A stretch of 64,000 bases of DNA from an uncultured beta proteobacterium (GCA_963827575.1 CAWHCG010000048.1:197018-261017); one strand, 5' to 3'; positions 20,495-30,182 are shown, counted from the stretch's first letter. Program-made: numbers and translations. The notes: generated by a model not told the origin, from the letters alone.

Positions 20495-21109
20495 ATGGCT
20501 AGAACCAGAGCACCGACGTTCGACCAGCAGCGCGCCAGCATCCTGCAGGCGGCGGCCAGCCTGTTCGCGCAGCGCGGCTTCGAGGGCGCATCCATGGCCG
20601 AACTGGCCCGCGCGTGCGGGGTCTCCAAGGGCCTGCTGTACCATTACTACCGCGACAAGCAGCACATCCTGTTCGACATCGCCGACAGCTACATGGACCG
20701 GCTGCTGGCCAGTGCTGCGCAGGTGCGCAGCCGCAAGCTGCCGGCCGAGGAGAACCTGCGCGCGCTGATCGCCCGCTTCATGCGGGAGTACCAGCATTCC
20801 CAGCCGCAGCACATGGTGCTGGTGCAGGACGTGAAATTCCTGGCAGACTTGCAGCGCGCCCAGGTGCTCGGCAAGGAGCGCGAGGTGGTCGACGCCTTCG
20901 CGCAGGCGATTGCCGCGCTCAAGCCACGCCTGCGCAAGAAGGCGCTGCGGGTGCCGCTGGCGATGATCCTGTTCGGGATGATCAACTGGACCTTCACCTG
21001 GCTGCGGCCCGAGGGGCCGCTGTCCTACGAGGACATGGCGCAGGTGGTAGCGGAGATCTTTCTACGCGGAGTCGTCGATACCGCGGCAGCGCAACAGCGT
21101 GCCGCATGA
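20495..21109 (+). CDS. TetR/AcrR family regulator (PaaR-like by position)
   Basis: ILQAAASLFAQRGFEGASMAELARACGVSKGLLYHYYRDKQHIL is a TetR HTH. The PaaR role is inferred only from its location directly after paaE. Confidence 0.75.
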   Translation: MARTRAPTFDQQRASILQAAASLFAQRGFEGASMAELARACGVSKGLLYHYYRDKQHILFDIADSYMDRLLASAAQVRSRKLPAEENLRALIARFMREYQHSQPQHMVLVQDVKFLADLQRAQVLGKEREVVDAFAQAIAALKPRLRKKALRVPLAMILFGMINWTFTWLRPEGPLSYEDMAQVVAEIFLRGVVDTAAAQQRAA

Positions 21110-21140
21110 GCAGGCGACGCACTGGACCGGAGGGAAGCAC

Positions 21141-22133
21141 GTGAAACTCGCCACACTGAACACCGGCGGGCGCGACGGCAGGCTGATCATCGTCAGCCGC
21201 GACCTCAAGCGCGCCGTCGCCGCCTCGGAGGTGGCCCCGAGCCTGCAGGCCGTCCTCGACGACTGGCATGGCAAGGCGTCGAAGCTGGCACAGCTGTCTG
21301 CCGCGCTCAACAGCGGGCGCGCCGCCGACGCCTTCGACTTCGACCCCAACCGCTGTGCGTCGCCCCTGCCGCGCGCCTACCAGTGGGCCGACGGTTCGGC
21401 CTACGTCAATCACGTCGAGCTGGTGCGCAAGGCGCGCGGCGCGCAGATGCCACCCTCGTTCTGGACCGACCCGCTGATGTATCAGGGCGGATCGGACAGC
21501 TTCCTGGGCCCCTGCGACCCGATCCTCGCGCAGAGCGAAGATTGGGGGATCGACCTGGAGGCCGAGGTCGCGGTGATCACCGAAGACGTACCCATGGGCC
21601 TGGAGCCGGACAAAGCCGCGCAGCGCATCCGCCTGGTGATGCTGGTCAACGACGTGAGCCTGCGCAACCTGATCCCCAACGAGCTGGGCAAGGGCTTCGG
21701 ATTCTTCCAGAGCAAGCCGTCCAGCGCGTTCTCTCCGGTAGCCGTCACACCCGACGAGCTGGGCGAAGCCTGGAACGGAAAAAAGCTGAGCCTGCCCGTC
21801 ATCGTCCACATCAACGGCAGTCAGTTCGGCGAGCCCAACGCCGGCGACGACATGACTTTCGATTTTGCGCAGCTGATCGCCCACGCGGCGAAGACGCGCC
21901 CGCTGGCGGCGGGCACCATCATCGGCTCGGGCACCATTTCCAACCTCGACCGCAGCCGCGGCGCAGCCTGCATTGCCGAGAAGCGGATGCTGGAGACCAT
22001 CGACAGCGGCAAGCCGGTCACACCGTTTCTACGCTTCGGCGACCGCGTGCGCATCGAGATGCGCGATGCCGACGGCAACTCGATCTTCGGGGCGATCGAT
22101 CAGGAGGTGCAGCGGTATACGCCGCCCGCTTGA
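21141..22133 (+). CDS. fumarylacetoacetate hydrolase (FAH) family protein
   Basis: A GTG preceded by GGAGGGA. VKLATLNTGGRDGRLIIVSRD..YQWADGSAYVNHVELVRKARGA..EAEVAVIT..GTIIGSGTISN..GDRVRIEM, the FAH-fold pattern. Confidence 0.8.
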   Translation: MKLATLNTGGRDGRLIIVSRDLKRAVAASEVAPSLQAVLDDWHGKASKLAQLSAALNSGRAADAFDFDPNRCASPLPRAYQWADGSAYVNHVELVRKARGAQMPPSFWTDPLMYQGGSDSFLGPCDPILAQSEDWGIDLEAEVAVITEDVPMGLEPDKAAQRIRLVMLVNDVSLRNLIPNELGKGFGFFQSKPSSAFSPVAVTPDELGEAWNGKKLSLPVIVHINGSQFGEPNAGDDMTFDFAQLIAHAAKTRPLAAGTIIGSGTISNLDRSRGAACIAEKRMLETIDSGKPVTPFLRFGDRVRIEMRDADGNSIFGAIDQEVQRYTPPA

Positions 22134-22136
22134 CAG

Positions 22137-22372
22137 CAGGCGCGAGGCACGAGGCTCGAGGCGCGAGAGGTGCGGCCTTGACAGCGCATTCGGAAGGGCC
22201 GCCGAGTGCCCCCTCTCCCCTTGCGGGAGAGGGCTGGGTGAGGGGCCGACACATCGGAACCGCTACCAGCAGGCTCGAGATCGGCCCCGCGCGTCGCCAT
22301 CGCGCGCGCACGTCGCGCCTCGCGCCTCGCGCCTCGCGCTTGCTCGCGCCTCGCGCCTCGCGCCTCGCGCCT
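22137..22372. repeat. composite hairpin element, heptamer class (AGGCGCG / CCTCGCG) with REP-like core
   Basis: Left arm caggcgcgaggcacgaggctcgaggcgcgagagg (22137-22172). Core CCCTCTCCC cttgc GGGAGAGGG (22211-22233). The right arm has ~8 CCTCGCG units (22311-22372). It fills the convergent gap to within 3-4 nt of both stop codons. Confidence 0.85.
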
Positions 22373-22375
22373 GGG

Positions 22376-23263
22376 TCACCCGGCGTTGCCTCCTCGAACC
22401 GAAGTGGATTCTCGCCCGTCGCGCTCGCCCGCCATGCTGCGAAACTCTTGGGCGTAGCGCCGCATCCGCTCTACTGCCGTTGCGCGCTGGCGGGGGGTCA
22501 GGCTGCGGTCGAGGTCTACCATCATGTCGGTAAAGCTGGCTTCCCAGGCGACCATGGTTTCGCGGTATCGCTCGGTGTGACCTGCGTCCGGATCGGTGAG
22601 AAGGGCAGCCAGCCGCATCTGCGCCTGAGGGTCGTCCGGATGATCCCGCAGCACGATGAGCAACTGCGTCTGACGGTGCTTGCGATCCACCAGTCGCAGT
22701 GCCGGCACATTTGGGAAGGCGCGCACGAACTTCATCACGCGTTCGCGCTGGGCCGCATTCGTATCCCCGGTCCAGTCCTCCAGCCGGGCACAGATCCAGT
22801 CAGCGCGCACGCGCACTGCCTCCTCTGGATCCTTTGATAGCTTGTTGACGTACTTGCGGTTGTCCGCTGCGAAGCGCGCTTCCAGACCCTCGAGCTGCCG
22901 GTCGTTCAGAGTCAGGAGCAACGGCGCCAGGCGATCGGCCGCGTGGCGTCCCAGCACCTGGTAGCGCAAGCGCACGGCCCCGACCACCCAGACCACGTCG
23001 TCCCGCTTCAGTCCCCGATCGAGGCGTGCCGCAGCCTCATCCAGCAGCGCAGCGTAGCGGGGCAGCTCCTCGCGCCGATGCCAGGCGTGGAACTGGCCGA
23101 GCTGCGCCTTGAGGGCCCGCGCCTGGTCACGATCCATGTCCACGTAGCCGCTCGCCATGCGCGCGAGAGCCCAGTCGGCGTTATCGTAGGACAGGCGCAC
23201 CGCGCTGCAGGAAGCCAGCAACGCAAGCAGCAAAATGAACAAAGCAACGGGACGGGCGCGCAT
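22376..23263 (-). CDS. lipoprotein, DUF6279-like
   Basis: From ATG 23263: MRARPVALFILLLALLASCSAVRLSYDNADWAL.. (lipobox LLASC), ..FHAWHRREELPRY.. 295 aa. The 630-aa track ORF is an upstream read-through artefact. Confidence 0.6.
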   Translation of the reverse strand: MRARPVALFILLLALLASCSAVRLSYDNADWALARMASGYVDMDRDQARALKAQLGQFHAWHRREELPRYAALLDEAAARLDRGLKRDDVVWVVGAVRLRYQVLGRHAADRLAPLLLTLNDRQLEGLEARFAADNRKYVNKLSKDPEEAVRVRADWICARLEDWTGDTNAAQRERVMKFVRAFPNVPALRLVDRKHRQTQLLIVLRDHPDDPQAQMRLAALLTDPDAGHTERYRETMVAWEASFTDMMVDLDRSLTPRQRATAVERMRRYAQEFRSMAGERDGRESTSVRGGNAG

Positions 23264-23348
23264 GGGCACGTGTTTTAAGGAACGGGCGGTGGTTCTGCCT
23301 ATAATTCTAGCTTGCGTTCGACTGGCGCGAAACCACCTAGGAGACGCT

Positions 23349-24214
23349 GTGCTCAGCTTTCCCGGACCCCATCGTATTGACCTTCCCGCCGCCGCTTTCT
23401 GGCCGTTGCAGGCGCCCTCGCCGCTGCGCCGCTGCTCGGCGGGCACGCCCTTGCGGCGCGCATCAATCCCCCGGCGCTGCTGGAGAACCTCGAAGGCGGC
23501 TACCGTGTGCTGCCGGCCGGCGGTGTATTCTGCGGCGGGGTGACGCCACTGGACGGTCACGAGATCGTGCACGTCCTGCTCCAGCCTTGGGTGCCGCTCA
23601 AGGACGCCTGGGGCTTCATCGAAGCGTATCTCAAAAGCCTGGGCCGCCCAGTGCGGGCCCTGTGCGGCATGGAGCTGCGCATTCCACGGCAGCTCACCTT
23701 CGACGAGTTCCGTGCCTTCAACCGGCCCTATGCGGAGCAGCTCACGAAGTGGAACCTGCTGCTCGGCCCCTACAGCGCGGTGTGCCGCACCAACGTGGTC
23801 CCCGACGCGGATGCGCCCGGCGAGCCCGTGGTGCACGCGTTCTCCTGCAGCGTGCCCTCCGATTACAAGGGCACGACGTTCTGCGTGTCGGGCACCGCGG
23901 ACATCGACGCACGCGGCCAGATCGTTGCCGCGGGGGATCTGTCGCCTGCCGGCATGAAGCAGCGGCTGCAGTACTGCGTGGACGTGATCACCGAGCGGCT
24001 GTCCATGCTCGAGCTCACCTGGAGCGCGGCCACCCACATCGACCTGTGCGTGGTACAGGACATCCCCGGATTGATGGCCGGGGTCGTCGTGCCGGGTCTG
24101 CAGGGTGCAGCCGCGCGCGGCATCCGCGTGCATCACGCGCGCCCGCCTATCGTAGGCGCAGAGGTCGAGCTCGAGTGCAGAGGATGCCGCCGCGAGCTGG
24201 TGGTGTCGGCATGA
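23349..24214 (+). pseudogene. Cys-rich protein of unknown function with a Tat-type leader in a shifted frame
   Basis: TAGGAGA RBS + GTG 23349 (MLSFPGPHRIDLP). One nt later the frame of ORF 23507 reads (S)RRRFLAVAGALAAAPLLGGHALAA then ..GVFCGGVTPLDGHEIVHV... to 24214. The body is not assignable to a family. The C-terminal IVGAEVELE is vaguely RidA-like. Confidence 0.4.
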
Positions 24215-24441
24215 GGAGACCCGGCGCTGTTGAGGATGCCCTCTCGAGCGCAGGCGCGCACGCGCCACAACTGCTTGATTGAACGCAACCAGCGCCGGTC
24301 CGGCGGCGATCGCTGTAGCAGTTGCAGCGCGGCATCGCCGGACGTCAAAGGAACGTCAACTATCTCCACTTCGCCACTTTCTCGCAAGGACCAGATGGGC
24401 GTATAGTCAGCGTCACAAAAAGCCACTCACGAGAAGAGGCC

Positions 24442-24996
24442 ATGAAGACCACAACGAACTGCACCAGCGCCCAGGAACTGCTGCGCATGCCAGACGACGG
24501 CCATCGCTACGAGCTGGTGCGCGGCCGATTGAAGAAGTCCTCGCCCCTGACGCACCTGCAAGGCCGGATCGCTGCCCGCATCACGCTGTCCTTGTTCGAA
24601 CATGTTTCGGCTCACAACCTCGGTGAAGTCCTGCCGGCCTCGACCGGCTTTCAGCTCGCATCGAATCCAGACCATGTGCGTGGGCCCGACGTGGCCTTCG
24701 TGCAGCGGGAACGCTGTCTGACGCTCGGCGATACCCACGGCTTCTGGCCCGGCGCCCCGGATCTCGCCGTAGAGGTGATTGCCCAGTCCGACACGTTCGC
24801 CGACGTCGAGGAGAAGGTGCTCGACTGGCTGCAGGCCGGAACGCGGCTGGTGATCGTCATCAGCCCGCAACAGCGGACGGTCACGACCTTCCGCTCACCC
24901 TGCGCGGTGCGCATCCTCGGCGACGACGACACCCTCAAGGCCGGCGATGTGGTACCCGGCTGGAGCATGCCGGTGCAGGAGCTGCTGGCGGCTTAG
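24442..24996 (+). CDS. Uma2 family (DUF820) endonuclease
   Basis: RYELVRGRL..GFQLASNPDHVRGPDVAFV..PDLAVEVIAQSD..KVLDWLQAGTRLVIVISP, the PD-(D/E)xK pattern typical of Uma2. Confidence 0.8.
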   Translation: MKTTTNCTSAQELLRMPDDGHRYELVRGRLKKSSPLTHLQGRIAARITLSLFEHVSAHNLGEVLPASTGFQLASNPDHVRGPDVAFVQRERCLTLGDTHGFWPGAPDLAVEVIAQSDTFADVEEKVLDWLQAGTRLVIVISPQQRTVTTFRSPCAVRILGDDDTLKAGDVVPGWSMPVQELLAA

Positions 24997-24999
24997 AAC

Positions 25000-25033
25000 C
25001 AAGGCGCAGAGAACGCGCAAAGGCGAGGACCGT
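25000..25033. repeat. solitary left arm of a composite hairpin element
   Basis: aACCaaggcgcagagaacgcgcaaaggcgaggacc lies directly after the Uma2 stop. No convincing right arm was found downstream. Confidence 0.55.
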
Positions 25034-25296
25034 TCGTCCCTGCCGTGCGCGCGATCCGGTCAATGCGGCGTTGGCGGTTCCTGCTTGAGACCGTCGGCGA
25101 AGCCGTTGATGTCGTCGGCCTTCATCCCGCGATGATCCGTCCAACCCGGGTTCCGATGCTCTCGGCCATGGCTTTGCTCCTTGATAGCCGTTGCGAAATT
25201 CCACTACGCGGGTGGCGGCAGCGTTTTCACGCCACCCGCACTGCCCGAACCGTCATGCTACTGCGTGGTCCCAACGCCGACATCGCCGCGTCCCGC

Positions 25297-25794
25297 TCAT
25301 GCGCGCCTCGACGCGATCACCTGGGCCAGATCCAGCACCGGTCCCAGGCGCGCCGAGATGATGCTCTTATCATAGCAAGGCGCCTGCTCGGTGACGCCCA
25401 GCCGCAGCAGCGCTTCCAGCAGTTGGAACGCGCGGTCGGCCAGCGCCTTTTCCAGGTTCACCAGCTGCTGCTTCTCCTGCGCGCCCGCAGCACGGTGCGC
25501 CAGAACCAGAGCGCACGCCTGCGGCAGCCACTCGCAAACCGCCGTCACCAGCTCCGAATGCAGGCCGTGCCGGTGCTCGGCGTCGCGGATCCGGTTGAGC
25601 GCGGGCGTCAGCACATCGCGCATCCACTGGAGCGACGAAGCGAAATCCTCCTGCCCTTGGGCCCGCTGCCGGGCCTGAGCAATGATGGCGCGCAGCTTGT
25701 CGCTGGGAGTGACGGCGCCTTCGACCTTCAGTTCTGCCAGGAACTCCGCGTCTTCCGCGGGGATCCGGGCCGAGATCGGCAGTGTGCGTGCCAT
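25297..25794 (-). CDS. hypothetical protein with RHH/CopG-like N-terminus
   Basis: MARTLPISARIPAEDAEFLAELKVEGAVTPSDKLRAIIAQAR resembles a ribbon-helix-helix. The remaining ~120 aa are helical and unassigned. An AT-rich promoter patch lies upstream. Confidence 0.5.
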   Translation of the reverse strand: MARTLPISARIPAEDAEFLAELKVEGAVTPSDKLRAIIAQARQRAQGQEDFASSLQWMRDVLTPALNRIRDAEHRHGLHSELVTAVCEWLPQACALVLAHRAAGAQEKQQLVNLEKALADRAFQLLEALLRLGVTEQAPCYDKSIISARLGPVLDLAQVIASRRA

Positions 25795-26015
25795 GTCGCT
25801 TGCTTGACTTGGACTGTGTGTGCATATGTATACACTTTAATTCAATTGTTGTCAAGTGTCTGCACGCCCGTCGAAGCGCCTCCGCGGCTGAAAGCAGTTA
25901 CGGCCGGGCAATGGAGAAACTGAGGGACTGCTGTTCTAGCTAGACGCGGCGATCGCTCTCGCAGCCGATGCCTGCGATCGATGCGCGCTGTTCGCTGAGG
26001 GTGGGGTACGGTACG

Positions 26016-26425
26016 ATGGCGCGGACGTTACCCATGCCTGTACCCGCCAAGACCTTCCTCTTCCTCGGCGCCCTCGCCTGCCTGCTGGCGGTGCTGCTGG
26101 GCGCCTTCGGCGCTCATGCGCTGCGCGGCAAGCTGACCGCCGACCTGCTGGCGATCTATCAGACCGCCGTGCAGTACCACTTCTGGCACGCGCTGGGGCT
26201 GCTCGCGATCGGAATCGTCGCCACCTACCTGCCCGCCTCGGCTTCGCTCAGATGGGCAGGCTGGCTCATGCTGACCGGGATCGTGATCTTCTCGGGCAGC
26301 CTCTACCTGCTGGCGATCACCGGCGTCGCGCTGGCTGGGAGCCATCACACCCATCGGCGGCAGCGGCTTTCATCGCGAGCTGGGCGCTGTTCGCGTTCGC
26401 GATCGCGAAAGCCCCTTCAAGCTGA
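26016..26425 (+). pseudogene. DUF423 (YgdD-like) membrane protein, two frame breaks
   Basis: LLGAFGAHALRGKL..YQTAVQYHFWHALGLL..IFSGSLYLLAITGV. Reading on requires +1 at ~26328 (RWLGAITPIGGSGF) and +1 at ~26371 (IASWALFAFAIAKAPSS*). This matches the E. coli YgdD C-terminus as I recall it. Confidence 0.7.
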
Positions 26426-26470
26426 GCGCAGGCGCTTCACAGAGAACGGCAAGACGGTAAGGGCCGAAGA

Positions 26471-26498
26471 AAAAGGGGCAGCCGCAGCCGCCCCCTTC
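26471..26498. terminator. possible bidirectional stem-loop terminator between convergent DUF423 and pncA-like genes
   Basis: aaaaGGGGCagccgcagccGCCCCCttcc: a GC stem flanked by A-run and T/C-rich tails. Confidence 0.4.
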
Positions 26499-26517
26499 CC
26501 TGTGTCGAACCCCGAGG

Positions 26518-27255
26518 TCACGCCATCTGGATATCCGAGGACTGGATGCGCTGGACTCCGGCCTTGGCCATCTCCTTCCAGGCCGCCGCGAGCGAACCGC
26601 CCAGATCGATGCCACGGCAGGCGTCCTCGATCACGTCGGCCTGGAAGCCGAACCTGCGCGCATCCAGCGCGGACCACGCGACACAGTAGTCGGTCGCCAG
26701 CCCGCAGACGAACACGCGGTTGATCCCGCGTCCCTTGAGATAGCCGGCCAGCCCGGTTTCGGTCTTGCGGTCGGCTTCCAGGAACGCCGAGTAGCTGTCG
26801 ACGTTGCGGTTGAAGCCCTTGCGGATGATGAGCTGGGCGTGCGGGATGTTGATGCCGCTGACGATTGCGGCCCCCTCGGTGCCCTGCACGCAGTGGTCGG
26901 GCCACAGCACCTGGACGCCGTACTCGAGGTCGATGGTCTCGAACGCCTTCTTCCCGCCATGCTGAGACGCGAAGGAGACATGGTCTGCGGTATGCCAGTC
27001 CTGGGTCAGCACCACGTTCTGGAAACTCCTGGCGAGCTGGTTGATGAGCGGAACGATCTCGTCGCCTCCCTTCACCGCCAGGCTGCCACCCGGGACAAAG
27101 CAGTTCTGCACGTCGATGACCAGCAGCGCGTCGCTCTTGGTCGGTTTGATCTTGCCGGCGGCGAGCGCGCTGCGCAACGCGCCCGCCTGCAGCGCCAGGA
27201 CGGCTGCTCCCGCCCCGGCAGCGTTCAGAAATTGTCTTCTCGTGATGTCCTGCAT
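26518..27255 (-). CDS. pncA: nicotinamidase/pyrazinamidase (isochorismatase family) with twin-arginine signal peptide
   Basis: An ATG with AGGAGGGAG RBS. MQDITRRQFLNAAGAGAAVLALQAGALRSALA (Tat motif), then ALLVIDVQNCFVPGGSLAV..QDWHTADHVSFA..WPDHCVQGT..VCGLATDYCV (catalytic D, K, C). Confidence 0.8.
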   Translation of the reverse strand: MQDITRRQFLNAAGAGAAVLALQAGALRSALAAGKIKPTKSDALLVIDVQNCFVPGGSLAVKGGDEIVPLINQLARSFQNVVLTQDWHTADHVSFASQHGGKKAFETIDLEYGVQVLWPDHCVQGTEGAAIVSGINIPHAQLIIRKGFNRNVDSYSAFLEADRKTETGLAGYLKGRGINRVFVCGLATDYCVAWSALDARRFGFQADVIEDACRGIDLGGSLAAAWKEMAKAGVQRIQSSDIQMA

Positions 27256-27381
27256 ACTCCCTCCTGTCACCCCTCGGTTATTCTCCCCCCGGGCGTATTT
27301 CGCTGCGTGGTCGCGCCCGCGCCACCGTTGTCCAGCGCCGCAAATTCTAGCACCGTTGGGCAAACTCGAGTCCTGAGGGGG

Positions 27382-28585
27382 TCACTGCGACGGGACGCTC
27401 AGCACCACTGGGAGCTCGGTTGCCGGCGGCGTGTTGCGGCTGCGCCCGCAGCGCACTACGCCATCGATCATCACCATGCCGACCCCCGGAAGGTCGCCCA
27501 GAGCCACGCTTTCCAGCAGCGTCCGCCCGGCGGTGTGCTGGGCTCGATCGAGGAATACGAAGTCCGCCGACCGGCCGGGCTCGATGAGCCCGCAGTCGAG
27601 CTTGCGCACGCGGGCCGTGTTGCCGGTGGCGAAGCAGAACGCCTGCTCGGCGGGAATCCCCCCGAGGCTCGACAGCAGGGCAGATCACCCGCAGGATGCC
27701 GAGCGGCTGCACGCCGGAGCCGGCCGGGCCATCGGTCCCCAGGATCACCCGATGCAGGCACTTTCCCGCGCGCGCAGCCTGGGCCGCGGCCACCGCCACC
27801 TTTTCGTTGCCGTTGTGCACGATCTCGATGGCGCGGCTGGAGCGCTCGCACAGCTCGCAGACGTGCGCTTCTGGCAACGCGGTATGACCGCCGTTGATAT
27901 GACCGATCACGTCCGCATCGGCCTCCAGCACAACGTCCTTGTCGATCAGCCCCGACCCGGGGATCGACGGTCCACCGGTGTGGATAGTGCTCTGGATGCC
28001 GTGCTTGCGCGCCCAGGCCACCATCTGCCGTGCCTCCGCGCCCGCTTTCACGGAACCCAGGCCGACCTCGCCCAGCAGCGTGACCCCCGCCGCCGCCAGC
28101 TCGGCAAAGTCCGACTCCGTCATGCCCTTCTCGATCACCGGAGCACCGGCCAGCACCTTCACCCCGCCCGGGCGGAAGTTGTGGAAGGCGCGCTGCGCAG
28201 TGATGGCCAGCGCCTTGAGTCCCACGATGTCCTTCGGTCGCCCCGGCAGATGCACTTCCCCTGCCGAGATCATCGTTGTGACGCCGCCATGGAGCGTGGA
28301 GTCGATCCAGCCCAGCTGGTTCTGGCGCGGTGTCCAGTCGCCGAACACCGGGTGCACGTGGCTGTCGATCAGTCCGGGAGCCAAGGCCACGCCCCTGGCA
28401 TCGATGAGCGTGTCGGGCTGCGCGGTGTCGCAGTCGTTCGCCTTGCCGACCTGCCGGATCACGCCGTCGACCGCCACGACGGTGTCGGCGTCCAGGATCG
28501 GCCGATCGAGATCACCGGAGAGCAACAGGCCGATGTTGCGGATGACGAGCTTGCCCTTGGGGCCGGTGGTGGTGTCGACTGCCAT
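27382..28585 (-). pseudogene. enamidase-like amidohydrolase (metal-dependent hydrolase superfamily), one frame break
   Basis: KLVIRNIGLLLSGDLDRPILDADTVVAVDGVI..GLIDSHVHPVFGDW..HTGGPSIPG..GHINGG. The C-terminus continues in ORF 27382..27609 (LLSSLGGIPAEQAFCFATGNTARVRKLDCGLIEPGRSADFV). The shift is at the GGG run 27678-27680. Confidence 0.7.
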
Positions 28586-28708
28586 GGATAGCGCTCTCCC
28601 CCCGATGTCAGCGGAGTTTCACAGATTGTGCATGGCGCCGCCGCGGGCGTCCATGCGCAGGCCTGCGGCGATGTCGAGGAGTTGGCGGCGCGTGAGCCCC
28701 GTCGAGGC

Positions 28709-29425
28709 TCACACCGTCAGGTACTCCCGTTTCACGTCCTCGTTCGCCGCCAGCTCTCTCATCGTGCCGCTGTAGCGCACCTGGCCCTTTTCGATGACGT
28801 ACGCGCGCTCGCTCACCAGCCGTGCAAAGTGCAGGTTCTGCTCGGACAGCACCACTGCCAGACCTTCCTGCTTGAGCTCGAGGATCATGTTGGCCATGTC
28901 CTCCACGATCTTCGGCGCGATCCCCTCCGAGGGCTCGTCCAGCAATACCAGGTGCGGGTTGCCCATGAGCGTGCGAGCGACCGTGAGCATCTGTTGCTCG
29001 CCGCCGCTCATCTGTCCGCCGGGACGCTCGCGCATCTCACCCAGATTGGGAAACAACTGGAACAGCCTCTCCGGCGACCACGCGGGGGCGCCTTCCCGCT
29101 GCGGCTGCCGGCCCACTTCGAGGTTGTCCAGCACCGAGAGCCCGGTGAAGATGCGGCGGTCCTCCGGCACGTAGCCGAGCCCCGCCCGCGCTCTTTCGAA
29201 TGGCTGCCGTCCGCGCAGCGATTGCCCGCGGAAGGTCACGGTGCCGCTGGTGCGTTCCACCAGGCCGATGATGGCCTTCAGCGTGGTGGACTTGCCCGCG
29301 CCGTTGCGCCCCATCAGCGCGACCACTTCCCCCGGCGCCACCTCGAGCGAGACGTCGAACAGGATCTGCGCCCGCCCGTACCAGGCGCACAGGCGCTCCA
29401 CGCTGAGCAGCCGCTGCGGCGCCAT
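28709..29425 (-). CDS. ABC transporter ATP-binding protein, LivF-like
   Basis: MGRNGAGKSTTLK (Walker A), LSGGEQQML (signature), LVLLDEPSEG (Walker B). The ATG is at 29425, 1 nt after the LivG-like stop. Confidence 0.85.
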   Translation of the reverse strand: MAPQRLLSVERLCAWYGRAQILFDVSLEVAPGEVVALMGRNGAGKSTTLKAIIGLVERTSGTVTFRGQSLRGRQPFERARAGLGYVPEDRRIFTGLSVLDNLEVGRQPQREGAPAWSPERLFQLFPNLGEMRERPGGQMSGGEQQMLTVARTLMGNPHLVLLDEPSEGIAPKIVEDMANMILELKQEGLAVVLSEQNLHFARLVSERAYVIEKGQVRYSGTMRELAANEDVKREYLTV

Positions 29426-29426
29426 T

Positions 29427-30182
29427 TCAGGAGAGCACCGGCTGCGCATGAAACGTCGCGCCGGTCCCCAGGTACACAGCCTGCACCTCGGGATTGTCGC
29501 GGACCTGTGCCGGCGAACCCTGGGCAATGATCTGGCCGCGCGTGAGCACCAGGACATGCTGCGCATAGGTGAAGACCATGTCCATGCTGTGCTCGGTGAA
29601 CAGCACCCCGAGATCGCGCTCGCGCGCGAGCTCGGCGGTCAACGCCATCAGCTCGTTGCGCTCCTTCGGTGCCATGCCTGCGGTGGGCTCATCCATCAGC
29701 AACAACTTCGGGTCATGGGCAAGGGCCATGGCGAGCTCCACGCGCTTGACGTCACCGTAAGCCAGCAGGCCGCAGGGGCGTTCGGCCTGCTCCGCCATCC
29801 CGACCCAGTGCAGTAGCGACAGCGCTTCGTCGCGATAGCGCTCGCCGGCACGCGACCATAGGTCGAACAGCCGCCTGGCACGAGACAGCAGCACCAACTG
29901 AACGTTCTCGCGCACCGTCATCGACGCGTAGGTGGCCGCCACCTGAAAGGTGCGCCCGACGCCGCGCTTCCAGATCTCGCGTGGCGGACGGCCGGTCATG
30001 TCGACCCCCTCGAGCCTGACGGTGCCGCTGTCGGGTTCGAGCTGGCCGTTGAGCAAGTTGAAGCAGGTCGACTTCCCCGCACCGTTGGGGCCGATCAGCG
30101 CCACAAGCTGCCCGCGCTCGAGTGTAAACGACACCTCGCGCACGGCCTGCACGCCGCCGAAGGACTTGGAGAGGTTGGCCAC
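29427..30182 (-). CDS. ABC transporter ATP-binding protein, LivG-like
   Basis: IGPNGAGKSTCFN, YGDVKRVELAMALA, LLLMDEPTAGM. GTG start. Confidence 0.85.
   Translation of the reverse strand: MANLSKSFGGVQAVREVSFTLERGQLVALIGPNGAGKSTCFNLLNGQLEPDSGTVRLEGVDMTGRPPREIWKRGVGRTFQVAATYASMTVRENVQLVLLSRARRLFDLWSRAGERYRDEALSLLHWVGMAEQAERPCGLLAYGDVKRVELAMALAHDPKLLLMDEPTAGMAPKERNELMALTAELARERDLGVLFTEHSMDMVFTYAQHVLVLTRGQIIAQGSPAQVRDNPEVQAVYLGTGATFHAQPVLS

Noticed and set aside
23264-24268. N-terminal 335 codons of the 630-aa minus-strand ORF 22376..24268
   Set aside because: It is an upstream read-through. A clean lipoprotein start (MRARPVALFILLLALLASC) at 23263 explains the real gene, and the extension is antisense to the plus-strand ORF 23507..24214.
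25060-25183. SD-preceded mini-ORF on the minus strand (AAGGAG, ATG 25169: MAESIGTRVGRIIAG*, overlapping ATGA with MKADDINGFADGLKQEPPTPH*)
   Set aside because: It is only 15 + 21 codons in two frames, and the fused 36-aa product matches nothing I recognise. It may be a real small gene broken by an indel, but it cannot be supported from sequence alone.
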